DNA from: Alphaproteobacteria bacterium
GTDB taxonomy: Bacteria; Pseudomonadota; Alphaproteobacteria; UBA9219; RFNS01
Direction of reading: 5' to 3'
Assembly: GCA_017996055.1 (NCBI GenBank)
Contig: JAGOHT010000001.1
Coordinates: forward strand, 1 to 42,754
Length of the DNA stretch: 42,754 nucleotides
This document shows positions 36,873 to 42,754 of the stretch, in pieces. The notes below the pieces were generated by a model. That model searched no databases, had not been told where the DNA came from, and saw only the letters and a program-made list of their open reading frames with translations. Numbering within the stretch: position 1 is the stretch's first letter; each line of letters opens with the position of its first letter. The position numbers and the translations under genes are program-made.

Positions 36873-38111
36873 ATGAGCGGATCGGCTGACGACGTCATTA
36901 TGCATGCCGACTTCATGGCCTTTGTCATGGACGAAGGCACGCAGGAGATTCTGCGCGGTTGGGTCGAGCGTCAGGGCTGGCCGGCGGCAACGGTGCAGAT
37001 AGGCGGCGTCGAGCTGTTCGGCACGATGCTGGAGCGGTCTGCGCCGCCACGGCTTGCCATTATTGATCTCGATGGCCAGGTCAATCTGGCCGAGACCTGC
37101 TCCCGTCTGGTCAGCCTGTGCGGTCATGATGTCAAGCTTATCGCCATCGGCACTGCTAATGATATCGGACTTTATCGGCAGATGATCAGCAGTGGTATTG
37201 CTGACTATCTCGTCAAGCCGCTGAGTAATGAGATGCTCGACCAGGCGCTGCGCCAAAGTCAGGAAAAGGCGCAGAGCAATAACAGTAGCGGGCAAGTCGA
37301 GCGCAGCTCAAAGTTTATCTATATTATTGGCACGCGTGGTGGCATCGGTGCGACAACCCTAGCGGTTAATCTGTCTTGGATGATGGCGAATGAAGAGAAA
37401 GTGCAGACCGCTCTGCTTGACCTCGATTTGCAGTTTGGCAATGGTGCACTAGCGCTGGATATTGAACCGAGCCGGGGGCTGCGCGATATTCTGAGTTCGC
37501 CCAGTCGTGTCGATAGTTTGATGGTCGCGAGCGCGATGATGGCGGCGGGCAGCAAGCTCTCCGTGCTCAGCGCCGAAGAGTCGGTTGAGGAAAGCGCACC
37601 GCTCGACGCCGCGGCACTGCAAGCTGTGCTGCAGGAAATGCGTGAGAATTTCGACTATGTCTTTGTTGATGTGCCGCGTCATATGATATCGACCCAGCGT
37701 CGTCTTATCGCTGAAGCAAGCGCTGTCATCGTCATCACTGAGCAATCGTTGGTTGGTATCCGCGATACGCTAAGGATCAAGATGGCGCTGAAGAGTATCG
37801 ACCCAACACTGCCCGTCCTGGTAGTCACGGCGCGCCACGCCAAAGACCGTCCGGCACATATTGATGCGGCGACGTTTGAGAAAAACAGCCAGGGCAAAAT
37901 CGATTTCACTGTTCCGGAAGAGAACAAAATCGCGCTTGAAGCGGCGAACGCGGGTAAGACGGTGGCGGCGATGTTGCCGCAATCGGCGAGCAGCAAGGCC
38001 TATCGCGCTATCCTCCATCATCTGGTGGGCAAGCAAGCAGCGACGGAAAAAAAGAAATCTGGCGGCTGGTTTGGCGCCAAGGATGATAAGGTTAAGGACA
38101 AGAAGACATGA
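36873..38111 (+). CDS. cpaE: CpaE/TadZ (atypical receiver domain plus ParA/MinD-like ATPase)
   Basis: It has an N-terminal REC-like domain and a deviant Walker A (IGTRGGIGATTLAVNLS). The Lys-rich tail KKKSGGWFGAKDDKVKDKKT could be an amphipathic membrane-targeting sequence. Confidence 0.85.
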   Translation: MSGSADDVIMHADFMAFVMDEGTQEILRGWVERQGWPAATVQIGGVELFGTMLERSAPPRLAIIDLDGQVNLAETCSRLVSLCGHDVKLIAIGTANDIGLYRQMISSGIADYLVKPLSNEMLDQALRQSQEKAQSNNSSGQVERSSKFIYIIGTRGGIGATTLAVNLSWMMANEEKVQTALLDLDLQFGNGALALDIEPSRGLRDILSSPSRVDSLMVASAMMAAGSKLSVLSAEESVEESAPLDAAALQAVLQEMRENFDYVFVDVPRHMISTQRRLIAEASAVIVITEQSLVGIRDTLRIKMALKSIDPTLPVLVVTARHAKDRPAHIDAATFEKNSQGKIDFTVPEENKIALEAANAGKTVAAMLPQSASSKAYRAILHHLVGKQAATEKKKSGGWFGAKDDKVKDKKT

Positions 38112-39751
38112 GTCCGCCCGATGATGCCGGTCGCATCGATACCTCCATTCGCGCTTTGCGTGAACGGCTGCTGCCGGTTTTGCGCGACAAAATTCCCCCC
38201 GACAAGCTGGGGAAGCTGCAGCGCGCTGATATCGCGCAATTCGCGCGTGATGTTAGTCTGCAGTTTTTTGAGCAGCAGCAGATCAATCTCAATGCGCTTG
38301 ATCAGCGGGATCTGATTACGGCGCTCATCAATGGTTATCTCGCCAGTGTTGGGGGCAATGCGTCGGCGGCGACCGTGATGGGACCTGAATCGGTCGTGTC
38401 GGAAGCGCCAAAGCCGGTCACTACGCCTGCTGCACCGAATGCAGGCGTGACGGCGACACCGATGCCAGAAATGCGTGTCATGGCGGCTTCTTCAATCGAT
38501 CAAGCCAAATTGCGTCTGCAGCCTTTGTTGATGGAGCGGATTGATACGTCTGCGGCCGCCAAGATGGACCGCACACAGCTCAACCGCGATGTTACCGAGC
38601 TGGTCACCGAGCTGCTGAATGAGACGCGGATTCAGCTCAACGCTGCCGAGCGCCTGGAACTGGTCAATCGTTTGCTTGACGATATGCTGGGACTAGGGCC
38701 GATTGAGCCACTGCTCGCCGACGAGAGCATTTCAGAAGTCATGGTCAATGGTCCGAAGCAGGTTTACATAGAGCAGCGCGGCAAGCTCACGCTCTCTGGC
38801 GTGCAATTTCGCGACAATGCCCATGTGCAGGCGGTGGCAACGCGTATCGTCACGGCCATTGGTCGCCGTATCGACGAGACCACTCCGCTTTGCGACGCGC
38901 GCCTGGCTGACGGCAGCCGCGTTAACATCATCATCCCGCCCTTGGCGATTGATGGCCCCACCATCACCATCCGTAAATTTTCTAAGAAAAAAATTACGCT
39001 TGATACGATGACGAAGTTTAACAGCATTTCGTCGCAGATGGCGACGGTGCTGCAAATTGCTGGGCGTGCGCGCTGCAATATCATTATTTCTGGTGGTACA
39101 GGTTCGGGCAAGACAACGCTGCTCAATGCCTTGTCGCAGATGATTGACCACGGCGAGCGCATCGTCACTATTGAAGACGCTGCCGAATTGCAGCTGCAGC
39201 AGCCCCATGTTGTGCGGTTAGAAACGCGTCCTGCTAATCTAGAGGGGCACGGCGAAATTACCATGCGCGATTTGCTAAAGAATGCCCTGCGTATGCGGCC
39301 GGATCGCATCATCGTCGGTGAAACGCGCGGCGGCGAGGCCATCGATATGCTACAGGCGATGAATACCGGCCATGACGGCTCGCTCTCAACGGTTCACGCC
39401 AACCGACCGCGCGAAGCGGTGATGCGTCTCGAAAACATGGTGGGGCTGGGTGGCGTCAATCTCGCGCCGCGGGCCATCCGGATGCAGATTGCCTCAGCCG
39501 TCGATATGATCGTGCAGGTCAGTCGCATGCGTGACGGATCACGACGCATCACCCATATTTCTGAAATTACCGGCATGGAAGGCGATGTCATCACCATGCA
39601 AGACCTTTTCACCGCCGAGGTAGAAGGTGAAGGGATTGATGGAAAGCTAAAAGTCAATTTTATCAATCACGGGTTGCGTCCTGCCTTCCTACCCAAGGCG
39701 CAATATTTCAACCTCGAGCGCCAGCTGCTGGAGGTCATTGCGCAGAAATGA
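38108..39751 (+). CDS. cpaF: Tad secretion ATPase CpaF/TadA
   Basis: Walker A GGTGSGKTTLLNAL, Walker B IVTIEDAAEL, an Asp box and a His box (GHDGSLSTVHAN). ATGA overlap with cpaE. Confidence 0.92.
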   Translation: MSPPDDAGRIDTSIRALRERLLPVLRDKIPPDKLGKLQRADIAQFARDVSLQFFEQQQINLNALDQRDLITALINGYLASVGGNASAATVMGPESVVSEAPKPVTTPAAPNAGVTATPMPEMRVMAASSIDQAKLRLQPLLMERIDTSAAAKMDRTQLNRDVTELVTELLNETRIQLNAAERLELVNRLLDDMLGLGPIEPLLADESISEVMVNGPKQVYIEQRGKLTLSGVQFRDNAHVQAVATRIVTAIGRRIDETTPLCDARLADGSRVNIIIPPLAIDGPTITIRKFSKKKITLDTMTKFNSISSQMATVLQIAGRARCNIIISGGTGSGKTTLLNALSQMIDHGERIVTIEDAAELQLQQPHVVRLETRPANLEGHGEITMRDLLKNALRMRPDRIIVGETRGGEAIDMLQAMNTGHDGSLSTVHANRPREAVMRLENMVGLGGVNLAPRAIRMQIASAVDMIVQVSRMRDGSRRITHISEITGMEGDVITMQDLFTAEVEGEGIDGKLKVNFINHGLRPAFLPKAQYFNLERQLLEVIAQK

Positions 39752-40647
39752 GCAAAGGTATCAACAAACGCCTCGACCGTGTTTCCGGGAAGCTGCCGGA
39801 GTCGACGAAGAGCAAGGGAGAAACGCTGAGCGCGCGGCGCAGTAGCGGTGAGAGCTCTATTAAGGTGCTTAATAAAATCGTCAATAAGCTGCTCAAGAAT
39901 CCGGAGCAAGTACGGCTCAAGCTGGAACGGACGGGGCGCAATATCGCACTTGGCGAATATGTCCTGCTCAACGCGGTCATGATCATTATCTTCTACCTGC
40001 TGTTCAATAAAATGATGGGGTGGGGGGCGTTTCGCAGTCTGTTGGGAGGTGTTGGGCTCGGGATTTTCATCCCGCATTTCATTGTCAGCCAGATGGGTAA
40101 GAGACGGATTCAGAAATTTCTCAAATATTTCCCCGAGTCGATTGACACCATGTGTCGCGGTTTGCGCTCCGGTCTGCCGATTGCCGAATCCATGTCGGCC
40201 GTGGCGCGGGAAATGCCGGACCCAATCGGCCTTGAGTTCGAGCGCATCACCGATGCCGTGCGGCTCGGTAAGACAATGGAACTCGCGATGTGGGATGTCG
40301 CGCGCCGCGTTGATACGCCGGAGTTCCGCTTCATGATTATTGCCATGGCAATTCAGCGCGAAACCGGCGGCAACCTTGCCGAAACGCTAGGAAATCTAGC
40401 AGATTTGTTGCGTAAACGGCGGCAGCTGCGGCTAAAAATTCGGGCGCTGTCTTCAGAGGCACGGGCGAGTGCACTGATTATTGGTTCGCTGCCTTTCGTG
40501 ATGTTTGCCATCCTCTTCCTCGTCAACCGCGACTATATCATGCAGATGGTCACCACCACGACAGGGGTAAAGCTGATGTACCTCGCCGGTGGGCTGATGG
40601 CGATGGGGCACGGCATCATGGCGAAAATGATCCGGTTCGAGATATGA
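39748..40647 (+). CDS. tadB: Tad platform protein TadB (T2SS F-domain)
   Basis: ATGA overlap with cpaF. It has a T2SSF-like core (FPESIDTMCRGLRSGLPIAESM...AIQRETGGNLAETL) and terminal TM helices. Confidence 0.85.
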   Translation: MSKGINKRLDRVSGKLPESTKSKGETLSARRSSGESSIKVLNKIVNKLLKNPEQVRLKLERTGRNIALGEYVLLNAVMIIIFYLLFNKMMGWGAFRSLLGGVGLGIFIPHFIVSQMGKRRIQKFLKYFPESIDTMCRGLRSGLPIAESMSAVAREMPDPIGLEFERITDAVRLGKTMELAMWDVARRVDTPEFRFMIIAMAIQRETGGNLAETLGNLADLLRKRRQLRLKIRALSSEARASALIIGSLPFVMFAILFLVNRDYIMQMVTTTTGVKLMYLAGGLMAMGHGIMAKMIRFEI

Positions 40648-41606
40648 ACTTTTTGCGAGATCATAGCGGCACCCTTTGGGTCTATGGCGTCGTCGGCGCC
40701 ATCGTCATCTGGATACTCTGGAAGGTTCTTCTCGAGAGCAATCCGCTGGAAGCGCGCTTGCGTGCAGTGAGCCAGCGTCGCCGCGAGCTGGTCAAAGAAG
40801 CGCAAAAAAAAGTTAGCCGCCGCGCGAAAGACAAGACCAAGCAAATCAGCTTGATGAAGCGCATTGTTGCCGCGCTGAAGATGCAGAAGAAAGAGAGCAA
40901 CAGCGTCGATATGAAGCTACAGTTGCTTCGTGCGGGTTATCGCGGCCGCGACGCCGTTGCTATTTATCTCTTCAGCAAGCTGGCGCTTGGCGGCGGCATG
41001 GGGTTTTTCTTCTTTTTTCTAACCTTTGCCGGAGGCAGCTATAAGACCAAACCCGCGTTGGCTTTTCTAGCTATCTTTGCCTTCGCGCTTTTCGGTTGGT
41101 TTCTGCCGAATATTTTGGTCAAGAACCAGTCTGTCAAACGGCAACAAACTTTGCGTAAGGCGATTCCCGATGCGCTCGATCTCATGGTGATTTGTGCTGA
41201 AGCAGGGCTCTCGCTCGATGCCAGTATGGACAGGGTGGGGCGTGAGATTGGGCAGACCTTTCCGATTGTTGGCGAGGAATTCGGCCTGACATCAGTCGAA
41301 CTCGGCCTACTGCCAGAACGTACTAAGGCACTGCAAAATCTCGCTGATCGGGTTGATTTGCAATCAATCACCTCGCTCGTTAATACGCTGATTCAAACCG
41401 AGCGCTATGGCACACCGCTGGCGCAGGCCTTGCGTGTGTTGGCAGGGGAAATGCGGGAAGAGCGTATGATGAAGGCGGAAGAGAAGGCGGCTCGGCTGCC
41501 TGCAGTCATGACTGTGCCGATGATTCTTTTCATTCTGCCGACCTTGTTTATCATCATCATTGGGCCAGCGGCTATTAAGGTGATGAAAACTATGTCGAGC
41601 CAATAA
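40644..41606 (+). CDS. tadC: Tad platform protein TadC (T2SS F-domain)
   Basis: ATGA overlap with tadB. It has IPDALDLMVICAEAGLSLDASM...QTERYGTPLAQALRVLAGEMR and flanking TM helices. Confidence 0.85.
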   Translation: MNFLRDHSGTLWVYGVVGAIVIWILWKVLLESNPLEARLRAVSQRRRELVKEAQKKVSRRAKDKTKQISLMKRIVAALKMQKKESNSVDMKLQLLRAGYRGRDAVAIYLFSKLALGGGMGFFFFFLTFAGGSYKTKPALAFLAIFAFALFGWFLPNILVKNQSVKRQQTLRKAIPDALDLMVICAEAGLSLDASMDRVGREIGQTFPIVGEEFGLTSVELGLLPERTKALQNLADRVDLQSITSLVNTLIQTERYGTPLAQALRVLAGEMREERMMKAEEKAARLPAVMTVPMILFILPTLFIIIIGPAAIKVMKTMSSQ

Positions 41607-41622
41607 CCTACCTCATATATGC

Positions 41623-41648
41623 CGCAGGCCAGTGCCTGCGCTGTTTTG
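41623..41648 (+). terminator. Rho-independent terminator after tadC
   Basis: 7 bp stem CGCAGGC / GCCTGCG with a 4 nt loop, followed by CTGTTTT. Confidence 0.55.
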
Positions 41649-41688
41649 TCATACTGCGTTCTGCGCCGCGTGACTTTAGCCTCGCCTG

Positions 41689-42321
41689 ATGATCGATTTT
41701 TCTACTCTCGCAACCGCCGCGGTTACGCAAAGTCCGTTCCCCTACTTCACCGCTTCCGGTGTGCTGAATGATGTCGACCTGGCGGCGATAACGCAGGACT
41801 TTCCGGCCATCAACGCGCCTGGCATTTTTCCCTTGAGCAGTCTGCACACGCAGGGTGCGTTCGCGCGTCTGATTGCCGAACTGCAAAGCCCGCAAATGAC
41901 GGCGCTGATAGGGAAAAAATTTGACGTCGATCTGCACGACAAGCCGCTGATGATTACAGTGCGCGGGCATTGCCAGCGTAAAGACGGGCGTATCCACGCC
42001 GATTCAAAAGACAAGATTGTCACCTGCCTACTCTATCTCAATGATAAGCATTGGGATCAGAAGGGAGGGCGCTTGCGTTTTTTGCGCAACGAGCACGATA
42101 TGAGCGCGACGATTGCCGAGGTGCCACCTGATGGCGGCAATTTCGTTGCTTTCAAACGCGCGGATAATTCCTGGCACGGGCACGAACCTTTTGAGGGGCC
42201 GCGCCGCTACATCATGTTTAACTGGGTGCAGTCAGAAGCTACGCTGGCCAAGAATCTTGGGCGGCATAAGCTCTCGGCTTTCTTCAAGCAGTGGCGCCAT
42301 AAGACGGCGGAACAATATTAG
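41689..42321 (+). CDS. 2OG-Fe(II) oxygenase superfamily protein (hydroxylase-like), function unknown
   Basis: 210 aa. GRIHADSKDKIVTCLLYLN (H-x-D) plus NSWHGHEPF (distal His) and RRYIMFNW (Arg for 2OG) fit a double-stranded beta-helix oxygenase. Confidence 0.6.
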   Translation: MIDFSTLATAAVTQSPFPYFTASGVLNDVDLAAITQDFPAINAPGIFPLSSLHTQGAFARLIAELQSPQMTALIGKKFDVDLHDKPLMITVRGHCQRKDGRIHADSKDKIVTCLLYLNDKHWDQKGGRLRFLRNEHDMSATIAEVPPDGGNFVAFKRADNSWHGHEPFEGPRRYIMFNWVQSEATLAKNLGRHKLSAFFKQWRHKTAEQY

Positions 42322-42329
42322 GAGTTATC

Positions 42330-42754
42330 ATGACCGTCGCCTTACGCCAGCCGTCGTCGACTCTCAATATCACAGGACAAAATTTTCTGCGCTGTTTGCG
42401 GTCTGCACCGCATCATACTGAGCCATATGAGCACTGGCTGCTCAGCGATGCGCTGCCGCTGGGGGATGTCGATGCCATCGCCGCACTGCCTTTCGCGCCG
42501 CCAGGCACTGCGATTTTTAATGGTAAGCGCGAGACCAACAATGCGACGCGGGTGTACTTTACTCGTGAAAATCAGGATAAGTTTTCGGTTTGCGCCGCTT
42601 TGGTCGGAGCCTTCAATCATCCTGAGATGAAAGCAGCGATCACGGCTGAAACGGGCGCGCCGGTTGATCAGGGGCATTTGCGCATTGAATATTGTCAGGA
42701 TGTCGAGGGCTTTTGGCTGGAGCCACACCTTGACATCAAGGTCAAGCTTTTCAC
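42330..42754 (+). CDS. Second 2OG-Fe(II) oxygenase-like paralogue, 3'-truncated by the window edge
   Basis: It is not in the ORF track because no stop is reached. AGGAG lies 7 nt upstream of the ATG at 42330. My translation is MTVALRQPSS...EPYEHWLLSDALPLGDVDAIAALPF...GFWLEPHLDIKVKLF. It aligns with the upstream gene (PFPYFTASGVLNDVDLAAITQDFP; GRIHADSKDKIV). Confidence 0.6.
   Translation, partial: MTVALRQPSSTLNITGQNFLRCLRSAPHHTEPYEHWLLSDALPLGDVDAIAALPFAPPGTAIFNGKRETNNATRVYFTRENQDKFSVCAALVGAFNHPEMKAAITAETGAPVDQGHLRIEYCQDVEGFWLEPHLDIKVKLF

Overview
This is a 42.7 kb chromosomal window with about 40 tightly packed genes, many coupled by ATGA or GTGA overlaps. The host is probably an alphaproteobacterium. 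The clues are a tandem cold-shock-domain protein, a Caulobacter-style cpaA-F/tadBC gene order, a perfect TTAA-N7-TTAAC (CtrA-type) box and an HAD-IIA family gene.

Content from left to right:
- 3' end of a TPR-like gene, then a convergent FAH-family hydrolase and a PfkB sugar kinase.
- A very large, membrane-anchored alpha-2-macroglobulin-like protein read as two overlapping ORFs in different frames.
- A two-domain cold-shock protein, two small orphan genes, aminopeptidase N and a PagL-like lipid A deacylase.
- An ABC-transporter-dependent polysaccharide/O-antigen cluster at about 12.8-23.9 kb. It holds wzt, wzm, three glycosyltransferases, manC, gmd, a perosamine-synthase-like aminotransferase, a hexapeptide acyltransferase and a heavily decayed acyltransferase-3 pseudogene.
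- gmhA-HAD-rluA, a DUF218-like gene, and proS coupled to a NeuD-like acetyltransferase and an HAD hydrolase.
- A System II cytochrome c maturation operon (ccsB, a long ccsA, tlpA-like).
- A Tad/Cpa pilus assembly operon with no pilin gene in the window.
- Two tandem 2OG-Fe(II)-oxygenase-like paralogues.

I saw no rRNA, tRNA, CRISPR array, transposase or integrase. I cannot point to a clear-cut new multi-gene system such as a defence island. The best leads are:
- the split, cysteine-poor A2M-like protein;
- the perosamine-type glycan cluster with its dead acetylase and two candidate N-acetyltransferases;
- the atypical System II ccs operon;
- the pilin-less Tad locus with a CtrA-type box and direct repeats upstream;
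- the translational coupling of proS and gmhA to sugar-modifying or HAD genes.

All functional calls are motif recognition by eye. No database search was run.
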